NCBI RefSeq assembly: GCF_006345805.1
Contig: NC_043007.1
Location: forward strand, 76,694,001 to 76,758,000
DNA from: Octopus sinensis
Lineage: Eukaryota
DNA length: 64,000 nucleotides
Direction: 5' to 3'
Position numbers and translations under genes: made by a program. Numbering within the stretch: position 1 is the stretch's first letter; each line of letters starts with the position of its first letter. Below the pieces are notes generated by a model that saw nothing but the letters and a program-made list of their open reading frames with translations, had not been told where the DNA came from and did not search any database. Positions 24,178 through 36,770 of this stretch are shown here, piece by piece.

Positions 24178-25194
24178 TCAAAATAAGTTACATTGTTTGT
24201 GTTAAATTTTAAGTTTGTGATATAAAATATTTACACCAAGTTGGTTTTGAACCAGGAAACCTATGATGAAAGATATTCCAGCTGTGTGAAAACTGAATTT
24301 CTTTCAAGCACGGTTTCTCTGAGATTAGATTATAAAAGATTTCCATTTTTGAAGTCAGTAGGTTATGACTTGAATGATATATTACTGCTGTTTCTAGTGG
24401 GTCAGGTGGCCACAAATAAGCTTTTTAGTGGCTTAAAGTATAAGATGTTTATAATTTTGGCATTTGAGTTCTGTTGCATGAAATGTTTTGCAAAATAATG
24501 TTACTTTTTGTTGTGTACTTAATCATAAATTTTGTTTTTATCAAGTAATATTTGAATAACATTTATTTTTATTTTTTGGTGTGGGGTGAGTTTGATATTT
24601 TGCATTGCATATTTTGCTGATTTTTTTACTGCTGGGATGAATTGCTTCCTTTTGCCTTCCATTGAATGCCATAGTGATTGCATCTGTCTTGTTACCAGCT
24701 CCAGAAAAGTCAACTCAACTTCTTACACTAAAATCCCACTCAAATTCCAATTGATATTATTTTAAAGGCTGCCATCAGTGTAGAATGAGAATGAACACAC
24801 ATTGTTCATTATTAGGAGATGAGACATTAGAAGAGTGGTGAATCAAAGACAAATAGACAGGAGAATAAAAGTCAGTAGGTGCTACTCTAGGATTTCAAGA
24901 TACTTTGAAACAAGAGGAGAAAAATATAAAATATGTAGGAGTGAATTTAATGCAGCATTTATGTTATGCCATCTGATACAAAGATTTTATCATGTATTGG
25001 AATTTGTGCAGTAGATTTACTATTGAGGATTGAGAGAAACAAATTTTGATATCTCTACTCTCATGATTTTCACAGCTTGCAAATTTATCTTTTTATCATT
25101 GAATGAACTTACTATTAAGGAGATAGTTTATATCTTAGTAAGGGTAATTTTTTTTCAGGAATTTGATAAAGTCTTTAAAGGTCTTCCCCCTCCC

Positions 25195-25505
25195 TTTATT
25201 TGTTTCAGTAATTAGACTGTGGCCTTGCTGGGCACCACCTTTAAGAGTTTAGTTGAACAAATCACTCCCAGTACTTACTTTTTAAGCTGATACTTATTCT
25301 ATTGGTCTCTTTTGTCAAACTGCCAAGTTACATCAGTTGTCAAGCAGTGGTGGAGGACAAACACAAAGACACACACACGACAGGTTTCCTCACAGTTTCT
25401 GTCTACCAAATTCATAATAAGGCTTTGGTTAGTCTGGGGCTATAGTAGGAGATACTTGTCCTAGTGGGACTGAACCTGAAGCCATGTGGTAGTAAAGCAA
25501 ACTTT
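25195..25505 (-). mobile_element. SINE family A
   Basis: Colinear with 18862-19256. Confidence 0.75.
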
Positions 25506-26074
25506 TTCTGGTTCATAGCATGAAGTTGTAGGAATTGTAATACCCTGTGGTGTTTAGATATATCAGGACTTTAAATTCTACTAGAGTTGACCTTGCCTGC
25601 TTTTCAGTAATGAAATAGGTATTGGACATAAATTGGATAGCAATACAGTTAACCCGAGCCACCCTCTTCAATTTTTTGTTCTTTTGTTAATGAAAGAAAT
25701 CTTGATATAATTACCATAACAACCAAACATAATGTAATTCCCATAACACCCAAATATTCATGTGTCTTAATATTTTGTCATCTTGTCCTAATATTTTCAG
25801 ATTGATTCTAAGTAATTTTTCATAAATCTTTTCCAGTTGCCTCTTCTACAACACTTTTACTTCTAACTCATTCCAACTTTTTATGCAGTATCTATCACAG
25901 TGCTCTGCAATGGGTACACTGCAACACAATGGTGTGTCATGAGATGATGTTTGGTGTTGTAACCTGAATATAATTATTTTCCCTGTAGTTTTAGTTCAGG
26001 TGTGCCACTGAATTTTGAAAAGAATATAAGTGTACTGCATGTGAAAAAATGGTTGTGGAGCATTGATCTATCAT

Positions 26075-26365
26075 ACATCACATCATCATTTACTGTCCAC
26101 TTTTCATGATTGCATAGGTTAGGCAGATTTTTTACAGCTAGATGCCTTTCCTGTCATTAACCCTTACAAGTAAAATAATGTATTTTTCCACAACCAGACG
26201 TTTTCACAAAAGATTGGAAACAAAGACACAACTTGCATGGTGGTAACATTTGTTTACAACTATTATGCAATGTCAAAACAGTATCACATTCATACACACA
26301 TAGTATGCTCCTTTTAATTTCTGTTTAACCAAATCAACTCAAGGCTTTCATTGGCCAGGGTTGAA
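26075..26365 (-). mobile_element. RTE-tailed SINE fragment
   Basis: catcatcatttactgtccacttttcatg tail; similar body to 22860-23050. Confidence 0.55.
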
Positions 26366-29107
26366 GTGGATTTAATAATCTCTCTTATATATTCTGGCGT
26401 TATATTTGATACGAAATACTTTCTCAGTTCACTTGTAAGTTATTGCGTACCAGCTGGGTTATACTTAACTTTTTGCTCTGTAGCTCCTGTTGATCTTATC
26501 CATTTTCTAACCAGATTTCTATACCATTATAGCATTGCTCCTGTTTCATTTTTTTTTTATTGTAACATATCTCAAACTTTGTAAACTACTGAATTTGACA
26601 GAAATTTAGAACTAAATGTCAGGTTTATGAGTTATAAAACCTTCATATGATGGACATGTTTATTAGATAATAACTTGTGCATATTTAATTGAAACTAATA
26701 TTATCATAATTATGAGATTTTTTAGATAAAGTCTCTTGCCATTTGAAAATATTTTCTCTTTTTGGTAAATATCATCTGTAGCATAGTCCTTAATGATTAT
26801 TAATTTCTGGTATTTGTATAAAATTTAAAGAGCATATCCAGTCCGGTTTGTAACCAAAATAATTTTCTCTCTCTTTCTCTCTTGTACTTACAGTGAAAGG
26901 AAGTAATTAGTTATTATTCTCTCTTTCTCCTGTTCATCATTTTCCATACTACTTTCTTTTGGAGTTGGATGGAGTTCTTTATGTGTAGTTAAAATATCCA
27001 GCTATTGTCTTAGTTTTCGTTTTTTAAACATCTCCAGAAATATAAGAAATAGTTTAATCAGCTGTTTTTGCATTTGGTAAAAAAAAAAGTGCTCAAATAA
27101 TAATAATAGCAGAAAAACAATATATTCTTCAATAACAACATACATTGTCTATCAAAAGAATCTAAGATACTTTCCACTCCAAATTTCAACCAAATGTTTC
27201 CTATAGTGACATAACTTTATTCTTTAACATCGTTTCACCATATATAACAGTAATCTCTTCTTAAATTATACTTTAATGGTTTTTGTTTTCTAACCAGTTG
27301 GTATCAGTCAACAAACCTATGTTGACAGTCTTTTATTATTTTCACCATGTAAATTGTGAATTTGCAAGGAAAAGCTTTTCAACTTTATTGACAGTTTGTC
27401 TTTGGTTCAGAAGTCTTTACACTGTGGTAGTCACTTTTTATGTCACTTCTCTTGTCTGTTTTCTTCACTTGTAATGTTATGCTTTGAGGGATTGGACAAT
27501 GCTAATTCCTTCTGTAATCTTCTCCATCTCAAAGTAGTCTAGATTTTAAGCAATGGTAACATAGTTTTCCATATTAAACTACTTCTGTACAAAGAACAAG
27601 GAAAAATAATTATTGTTCAAGTGGAGTGTCATAGTGCCCTCAACTAGTGCTTTTAGGATTTTAGGTTAGTTTTTGAAATGAGAAATTTTTATGCTAAAGG
27701 TTGTTAATGTTTTTGATAAAACAAAAGTTACAAAAATGTCTCAGGGAGAAGAACAACTGGTGCCACAGATTAGGACATTTGATTTGATAGATACAGTAAT
27801 TAAATATTATTGATAAAGATTTTCTTGAAGTTTTAATGTATGAAACATACTTTTGCTAAGGTAAAGAAAAGGTGTTTCATACTATAGTTTGGTGTTACCT
27901 GGTATATTTTTCTGAAATATATCAAATTTGTTGTAAAAACACCCTCAGTGTGTATGGAGAGGTCATATAGATATTTATTTTTATGATCGATTGAAACTAA
28001 GAGTCAGAACAATTATAAAGTTCAACAATATAATTTCTTTGGTGCAAAAACTTAATTTTATTTGATGTGATTTCCCCTATAACAATCAATGTTTTTTTGG
28101 GTTTTTTTCACCAGATGAAAATGTTTAGAAATCATTCTCTTTTCTTATTTCATCAATCATGTATTTGACCACCATGTCTCCTTTTGGTGATAATTATCCC
28201 ACAGATGTTTCTAGTATTGACTCATCTACAACTACTCTCTTTGTCCATCTGCCTGTCTCTCTCTCACACATGCACAGACACAATATCCATGGTAACACAT
28301 TTTGCAGTTGTGAGATGTCCTTAAATTCATGATTAAAGAAAATGTCTCTTAACTGATCTTAATTGCTCTGCACAATACTTATTTGGTGAGTCATGTTCAA
28401 AATATTTTGAGTTAAAAGCCTATCTCAGGTTGAAATAACAATGAAAATGAATAAGATATTTTTCTAAGACTTGAATAGTATATACATGTTAGTGTTTGTT
28501 TCTATAAATGAGTAAGTGAATAAATGAAATATATATAAGGAATCAATATTTACTCAGTGCTAGCTGCTGAAAATCAGAGATGGACAGTAGAAGGTCTATG
28601 AATATGATTTCTCATTATTCTATATCCAAGGATTAAACCTGACTCACCTCTTAGTTTCTTCCCTTTTTTTGATAACAGTTTTGAAGTTATCAAGTAAGTA
28701 ACCTTATGTGATGGCATAAAGGATGCATTATTGGATATACTCTACAATACACACATGCATGCATGCACATATATGCACATGCTTGAAGACATTAGCAGCA
28801 CAATATTTAAAGACCAACTACATTCCTACCATTCACACACGTACATACTCATTTGCATAAATATTAATCCACATGATAAGTTATATGCAAACATAATTTT
28901 ATTAAGCACACATGAATGCAAATAGCCTTTTTTTTTTTTAGCTCTATGCTTTTGACAAAATCACAGTGAAAATGATTTCATATATGATCAAATTGTATTT
29001 TCTATGGAAACTGCATATTCAAACATATTCACTCTATTTTTAGGTTACACAGATCTAATTTTATAAAGCTTGTTCTTTCTTTGAAATATTGCTTCATGTA
29101 TTACCTG

Positions 29108-29110
<3 letters not shown>

Positions 29111-29161
<51 letters not shown>

Positions 29162-29176
29162 ATAATAATAATAATA
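29111..29176. repeat. Inverted microsatellite (ATT)n-(AAT)n
   Basis: Read directly from the sequence. Confidence 0.95.
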
Positions 29177-29177
29177 G

Positions 29178-29390
29178 TTGGTAGAATTGCTAGCACACTG
29201 GATATAAGGCTTAGCTATATTTTGTCTGGCTTTATGTCCTGGGTTCAGATTCTGTCAAGAACTACTTTGGCTCTGTCTTTTCGAGGTTGATGAAATATGT
29301 TTCAGTTTAGCACTGTGGTCAATGTAATCAACTAGCCCCCTCCCCACCAAGTTTCAGGCCTATATTTGAAAGAATTATTATTATTATTAT
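29178..29390 (+). mobile_element. SINE family B
   Basis: ggtagaattgctagcac head, gggttcagattc B-box-like segment, (ATT)n tail. Confidence 0.7.
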
Positions 29391-30499
29391 TTTGCAGATA
29401 AAATTAAGATTGGTTTAGAATGTTGATAAAACAGAGGAAGTTCTGTTAAGTAAATGTATGCTCCCAAGCAAGTTGTGATGGCCATAAACACTACAAAATA
29501 CTCATCACCATTAAGGGCCATGTGCCTGTATAAAAAAATGAATTTAAAATAAAAGAAGAAAGCTTAATGATATTCGGAGATTGCTGTCATGTATGTCTGA
29601 CAAAAGATGGACTGTCTTTGATGTCTGTAGACACCCTAAAATAAATATCAGACAACTACTGGGTTATTAGTAAGTTCAGTTAACTGTATACTTGTGGCCT
29701 TGTGCTTGAAATCAAGGACAAATATATTTGATGCAGAAGAGTTTTTCTCTTCAAATAATGTTTGTGTTCAGAAGTAATTTTAGATCTTTCTTTTGCAGTA
29801 GACTGAAAATTTCTTTTATACTCTTTTATCCACCTTTCCATTCCAAAAGGTTATCCTAGTCAGAAAAAAATAAAATTTAAAAAATCAGAAACCAAAAAAA
29901 AAAAAAATGAAAAAAAATGTTATGATTAGCATAGGGTTGTATTTTTGGTATGACACCTTTATTTCCATTAGTTTTGTGTTGAGATAAAGAAATAGTACTG
30001 AACTGTAAGACATATGTCAGTTATCAGCAATTCAAATGAATATATGCATCTCTGTTGATGCAATAAAGCTCAGCCCATTCTAGTATGGAAGAACGGTTAT
30101 AAAATCAGTGTCTTAATTGCACATATTAATTCTATGTTGAACCTGCTTGTTTGAAAGCATGGGGTGATATTTTTGTATTCCATAAAGGCCATGGACTAGA
30201 TTGACATATGCTTAGTAAAAAGTCGTTATATCTATACCCACATGTATTTTCATATACATGAACATATATAAATGTAAATGCACCTGTGCTCACAGACCAG
30301 ACATTCTGTTCCTTTAGGTTCTAAAGTTATTCTTTTTTGTTTTGTCTTTTTAAAAAAGATAGGATTATAAATTATAACATTATAGAAAAAAAATCAAATA
30401 GTTTACATTAGCCATATTTCTTTCATTTTCATACTAAACTACCTTGTTTATCGACAACTTTATTACTCATTTTCTGTCATGTTTCACTCTGTATGAATT

Positions 30500-31740
30500 A
30501 TCATCATCACCACCACCATCAATTCTGTGTCATGTCTGTTAGATGCAACATCTTCTGGTGAGCCTTAATTAATTCATCTCATGTCTTCAAGTTTCATCCT
30601 CTTTGAGCAGATAGCTCTTTCTCCATATGCTCCATATAGTACTGTTTTCTCTCTTGCACACTACAGCTGTTTCCTCTTGTACCCCAGTTTCTTTTCTTCT
30701 TTCAACTCATTCGATTTTCATTGTTCATGCCTACTAACATCACACACCCAGCAAAGCATGCTTCCTATATTTTTTCTAGCATTTACAAATCCTCTGCATT
30801 AAAACTCACTGTTATACAGTATCACTGTTCAAATGTAAACATCACTTAGTCTGCCTTTCACCCTGTCAAAGCCTTCTCCAAGTTGATGAATGTTAGAAAT
30901 TGTGGCTTACTCTTTGTTCAGTACATTTCTTGTAGTTATCTCACTAGGAAGGTGGCTTTTTGTGATACCTCTTTCAGACATAATACCAAACTGCTTCTCA
31001 TCTAGGCTAATTTTGTTCTTAATTTATTGTGCTGTGATTCTTTCTGTAACCTCCAAAACTTGGTCCAAAAATTTGATGCTGCTGAGGCAGTTGCTGGGTT
31101 TCATACCCTTTTACACTGATATATACCCTACTTTGTCAGGTAGTTGAAGTATTTTTCTGACTCTCCCTAATGGACTGGCAACTTCCTTTGCATTCATAAC
31201 CTTAGCTTTTTCTGCCATACAGCTGTCAACTTGGTTGGCTTGTCCTTTGTTAGGTTGACATGAGACAGACCCTCACTTTGTTCTGTGCATTCTCATAACA
31301 CTTTCATGCCTCTGTCTTTTCATCAACAATAAGAGCAAGTGTGTCTCTATCATTCCAGATGCACTTCTCTGTCAGTGACATCTGGTTTTTCTCTAGTGTA
31401 TTGTCTTGCAATCTGGAACACTTTGTGCCTCCAATCCTCACATTGCAGAACAAATGCAAATCTCTTACTTTCACCTTCTCTCTTAGCTAAGTATACCTGG
31501 TGCTTTGTTTCTCTTCTAATTACTTGGTAACACCCCTGCTTCCACCTTCCAGGTTTTCCAAGTCCATTTCTTCACTTTTATGTCTCTACTGCGTCATCCC
31601 AGCATCTCCAAGATGGCCAGAACCTTGCACCAACTGCATAATTAATCTCTAGTTCTCAACAGGTTTATCTTGTAGGAATTTCCAGTTGATCTGTATGCTA
31701 TAAATCTTTATTATATCTTCTTTCTGCTGCTGTAGGCATA
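30500..31740 (-). mobile_element. RTE-clade LINE, RT fragment with internal deletions and CAT/GAT tail
   Basis: Minus strand GIKFLDQVLEVTERITAQ...ISLDEKQFGIMSERG..KATFLVR*LQE...FINLEKA (RT domains 1-3). Confidence 0.8.
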
Positions 31741-31763
31741 TGTATGTGTATACATCTGTGTGA

Positions 31764-31768
<5 letters not shown>

Positions 31769-31804
<36 letters not shown>
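31769..31804. repeat. (TA)n microsatellite
   Basis: Read directly; similar tracts at about 9334, 10055, 34357 and 45775. Confidence 0.95.
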
Positions 31805-31807
<3 letters not shown>

Positions 31808-31832
31808 TCCTCACACATTCTCATTCATCCAT

Positions 31833-32100
31833 AGGCATGGCTGTGTGGTAAGAAGCTTGCTTCCCAACTACATGGTTTCAGGATCAGTCCCACTGCATGG
31901 CACCTTGGGCAAATATTTTCTACTATAGCCACAGGCCAACCAAAGCCTTATGAGTAAAGTTGCTAGATGGAAACTGGAAGAAGACCGTTTGATTAAGTAC
32001 TAGGCTTACACATTATAAGTCCTGGGGTCAATTTCTTCGACTAATGCTCTTTAAGGTATCGCTCCAGCATGGCTGCAGTCAAGTAAAAGAATAAAAGAAT
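31833..32100 (+). mobile_element. SINE family A (internally deleted)
   Basis: ggcatggctgtgtggtaagaagcttgc head and aagaataaaagaat tail. Confidence 0.8.
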
Positions 32101-33581
32101 ATACATTAGGCAGGATTATTTTTATTAATTTATTAACTTTGCTGTCAGCTTATTGAATATGTGGATCTTCTTTTTGAGATATTTCAATAAATTTTCAACA
32201 TATTACAAAGATTTTATCTGATTCATTATCATTAACTGTTGAGATATTTTCTAATATTATCATTATGCCAATGAAGAGGTAGCCTAAAAGCATTGAAATA
32301 GGTTAAGTATTTTGTTTGTTTCTTCTTTGATTGTTTAATGGCTACTGACAATATAATTAGCTCAACATGGTTCATATTTTTAAATAAATAACTTTGACAC
32401 ATTCTTCTTTGTGAATGACTGCTTTAGAGTTATGAGTTTCAAATCATAAATTACCAGCACAATCAGTTTGTTGCTATTAAATTTTGAATATCAGATTGGT
32501 AATTATCATAATGATTTAAAGAGATGATTGACACTGCTTTAAATCTGTATTGATCTGCAAGGCTTATATAAGTGTTAAAATAGGGAAAGATAGTTAAAAG
32601 TAGCTCTTTTTATTCTATGATTTTATAAAATTATTTTAAAATGAAGTAAAAGGAAAATGAATAAAAGATGTACATCTTTTGCACATAAGTAGTATATGTT
32701 TTTCTTTCATGATACTGTATATTGGTGTTGGCAGAATAGATTTGGAAGATAAAACTGAAAAAAGGAGCTGTAATGGGTGCTAATGATGATAATAAAGATA
32801 AGATAATATGATATAGTGCAGATAGTTATGTTGTTAGTTATGAATTACATATTTCCTTTTCTTTCTACTCATGAACTCAGGAAACCATACATGCTCCAGG
32901 CTTTAAAGATATCCTTCCATAGAGTTATTATTTTATCAATAACTGTAAACTCAAAAAGTTAAATTTTCTATGATAGCACCTTAAGTTACGTATTTGACTA
33001 ATTTGATTCTATTCTACCACTGAACCATGAAGCTGCCTGTTGGAGTCATCATCGTTCACTTCAGTACACATTTATTCAGTTTTCTGAATTTCACAAGTAG
33101 GAACTGTAAAATTCATCTGATGCTAAATAAACAGTTTGAGTAACTGAGATACAAACTTCTTTGTTGACTTTGTCAGTGTTACTGCTACGGCTGTAGTAAT
33201 TTCTAGTCATCACTACTTAAAAAGACTTGTTTAATGTAGATAACCTTACAATTGATGTCTACTTTAACCATATTTTCTCTCATATAAAGTTTGTGTGAGA
33301 TTCAGAGCATGTTTTATTCAGTTTAGTGTGAACCTGTTTTTGTACATTTATTTGTTGATTGCAATGCAAGTGGAACAATATTAAAATTTAAAAACCTCCT
33401 TTCCGTTTATTATAGAAAAGTTGATTAAAAGTAGGAAAATGCATATGAATACTTAAGCCTTAATATTTCAGTGGTCTGTGGGTATTGATGTATGATCAAC
33501 CTTATTCACTACGCTTTTGTTAAGTTTCTCTTCAGAAGTGATTTATAATAAAATCCACATATTCTGATCTATTGTTTATAG

Positions 33582-33640
33582 ATTAGACTTATTGCAAACT
33601 GGAGCAGCAGAGGAAATACAATTTGAACAAACACTGGGAT
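33582..33640 (+). CDS. Candidate exon LDLLQTGAAEEIQFEQTLG (phase 2 to 1); could instead read on to TAA at about 33686
   Basis: Acceptor tctattgtttatAG, donor GAT|GTGAGA, open frame with protein-like composition; end phase is compatible with the exon at 39573. Confidence 0.3.
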
Positions 33641-33711
33641 GTGAGAGTGTCCACAAATCTATAGATGTGGCAATGAGAGTTGAATAATTTGACAGTATCC
33701 GTTAGTTAACT

Positions 33712-33930
33712 TTAAGCACTTTTGTTACCATATTTCTGTGTTTCTGTTGAAATAAATGGCTTTTGTTTCAAATATGTTTTAAAATAATGAAGAATTTACT
33801 AAAATAGCTTAAATATTGATATAAATTAACATGGTATTTTATGAGAAGATTGTAATTTAGATCGGTTTAAAACTGGAACTTTTATCATAGAACCAGGGGT
33901 GATGTCTGGCATGTTGGTTACAAGAGTTCA
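33712..33930. mobile_element. Second, more decayed copy of the same MITE
   Basis: Shares catatttctg, ttgaaa, aatgaagaattta, taaatta and gatc blocks in the same order with 23950-24177. Confidence 0.7.
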
Positions 33931-34353
33931 CTATCTTTTGTAGATGTGTTGTATGTGTGTGTGTGTGTGTGTGTGCACCAGCGGCAGCACCAACATCATC
34001 CCAGATGTGAGAGCAATATTTTATTGTTGGCTTCAGTTGAACTTTGTTGAGTACAAATAATTTGGGTGAGGTGGGGTCTGAATTATCCTCTGGTCCAGAA
34101 GAGAAGAGCCAGTTATTGAGAAGCAATCCTTTTTTGTTAGTCTCATCTTCCATCTTTGTGTGTGTCCTGATTAGCAGAACCCATTATAGTTGTGATAGAA
34201 AAGGCAATGAGGAGACTGCACACCTGTGGGCCAAGGGTTGGATCTTGCCTGTGAGTGATTTTATGCCAATAAGTTGGGTGGCCCCTTTTCTGGATGCAGT
34301 CTTGAATGTTTATGTGTGCAGCAGCAATATTATCTCAGATGTGAGAGCAGTAC

Positions 34354-34358
<5 letters not shown>
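33930..34358 (-). mobile_element. Two tandem CR1/L2-group LINE fragments
   Basis: The KYCSHIWD motif occurs twice (about 34000-34020 and 34336-34356); also IGIKSLTGKIQPLAHRCAVSSL. Confidence 0.7.
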
Positions 34359-34397
<39 letters not shown>

Positions 34398-36571
34398 CAT
34401 TTGATTTTGGTTTCAGTCCCACCTTGGGCAAGTGTCTTTTGCTATTGCCCCAGGCTGATCGAAACCATGAAAGTGGATTTAGTGTGTGTGCGTATACATA
34501 TATTTAGCTATGTTAGCTGTGTATATTTATCTATTTGCCTGTCTTTAAACCTACACCCTCTCATCTCCTCTGAATTATTACTAGTATTTTTAAGGGTTTT
34601 TTTTCTCTAAATTATTCTTTTAGAAAGATTTTGTATTTTCTCCAGCTTAAATATCTAGCAATGAGTAGTGGAAGATCAGAATTGGCAGCTGTAATCCAGT
34701 TTAATGCTTAAAAACTTTCCAAAATTCCAACCATAATATTAGATTTCATCTAAAGGAAGTCATCAAAATCGGATCTGAAATTCATTTTCATCTGTTTGTT
34801 CTTTTTGTCATAAATATCATTGGACTTCCATATTCCTAAATTTCGAATTACTTACGACTCCTACATCTGTACAGGGATTTAGGAACCTCCCCTGAGAATT
34901 TCTTAGCCATAGCAAAGAATATGAAATTTTTGTTACATTTCTGCTTGTTGAGTGACAGATATTCAAGATTCACTGAAGCGTAGCACTGCCATTAGATATT
35001 TTTATCCTCTCTGCTTCATCAAAAAGATGACAAAACAAGACGTTAGGATATTGTGTCAGATATGACTTAAAACATAAAAATTTATCTTAGTTACTGGCTA
35101 AAGATTGGTTAAAGATTATGTAAAGTTAATTTAATCAATATTTTCCCCATGATCTACATTAAAATATTATCTAAACTTTAGTTAAATATTAACAAATAAA
35201 TTAAGTACTCAGTTGTTAATTGTGATTGGATCTGCTTCTTTTAATCTTAAGGATCAGTTGGTCTAATAGGCACTGTAGAAATCTTTGTATCTAAGAGCTC
35301 TTCTGCTTGAAAACTATAACTGACATAATAATAGATTTGAATTAATCGCAGCTTAGCTTTAAAGCTAAGAGATTAAAGTGGCTCCTGCAGCTAGCCAGTA
35401 ATAATGTATTGATTAGACCCCCACGTGTCTGCTGACATGTGAAACATTCAACACATGTGATGTCTGTAGGTGGTGTGTGTGTAATTATTTTGTTATTACT
35501 TTTTTATCCTCATACCTTTAGTATGAAATTGATTTCCACTTCATTGGCCGTGATATCACATTGTAATAATTATGGCTGGCAGATAGGATTAAGCTGTTTC
35601 TTTTGTCTCTCATCATATTTACTTGTATAAGCTTCCCTCTAGTTTATAGGGCTTCACTTACTTGCACAACAGCAATTACTGCACCAAACTCGATACACCA
35701 GGTAGAAAGAATGCTGGTTAGAATCTCTAGCTACCAATGTTCAGAGTTTTGGGGTGTATGAAATATGTAAAAATAGTTGTATATTTCCTGTAGCTATATA
35801 TGTGTTTGAGTGATGTGTGGCTAAAGTGTTGATACCTCTTAAATACCTGGTGGCATTTAATCTTATCCCTTTATATTCTGAACTCAATCTTCCAAAGTTC
35901 ATCGTTGTTTTTCATCCTTCCAAGTATTAAGATGAATGTGATCATGTTATTTTCCATCAAAATTTTTGCTTTTATGCCTATGTAAGAAAGAAATCAATAT
36001 TTTTATGTTCTGATTTCAATCTTTTGCAGTGTTTAAGTCATGTCATTTTGCATTTTGAGTTCAAATTTAACTAGGTTTAACTTTTCCTTCTTCTCAAATT
36101 GTGCGAATGTGAGACATTATTGTCCTTGTTGACATTGTTATAGGGATTTGGAGAGAATGTCAGAATGTAGGCTAAATACTTAACGTTTCTCAGTTTTGTT
36201 CCGGTAATGTGTGGATTCTTTCCTTTCACAATCGTCTTTCATGTCAGTTTTATGATTATCATTATTATTCTTTGCACACTGATTAAAAATCCCACCATAG
36301 TCGATTTTTGTCTTTCATCTTTCTAGGATCAATAGAATCAAGTATTGAGGTCAATATAAGTGACTATATATTTTCTTGAAATATGAAGTCTTGTTCCTAT
36401 GGTTGGAAATCAATATTATTGTTATTAGTATGTACTTGCACAGCTGTTATGTTACTGATTTTGGAAGTTTTGTTTGCTAAGTATCTTGTGTCTACCGATA
36501 TATTCAGCACATATCTTAGTAAGGTTTTAGCAATACTGACACCATACTAATTTACTTTCTGTTGTTATCAA

Positions 36572-36770
36572 GAATTGTTAGAACATCAGAAAAAATACTT
36601 TGCAGTATTTATTCTGGCTCTTTAAATTCTGAGTCCAAATTCTGCTATGGTTAACTTTGCCTTTCAACCTTCTGAGGTCGATAAAGTACCACTCAAGTAC
36701 TGAGTTGCTATAAACCAACCCTCCTCTCAAAATTGCTGACCTCGTGCCCAAATTAGAAACAATCAGTAAT
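36572..36770 (+). mobile_element. SINE family B
   Basis: gaattgttagaac...gagtccaaattc...aaattagaaac. Confidence 0.75.

Noticed and set aside
35650-35701. Possible exon GFTYLHNSNYCTKLDTP(G), phase-compatible with 39573
   Set aside because: Weak GTAGAA donor and several equally plausible alternatives (e.g. 37373-37434).
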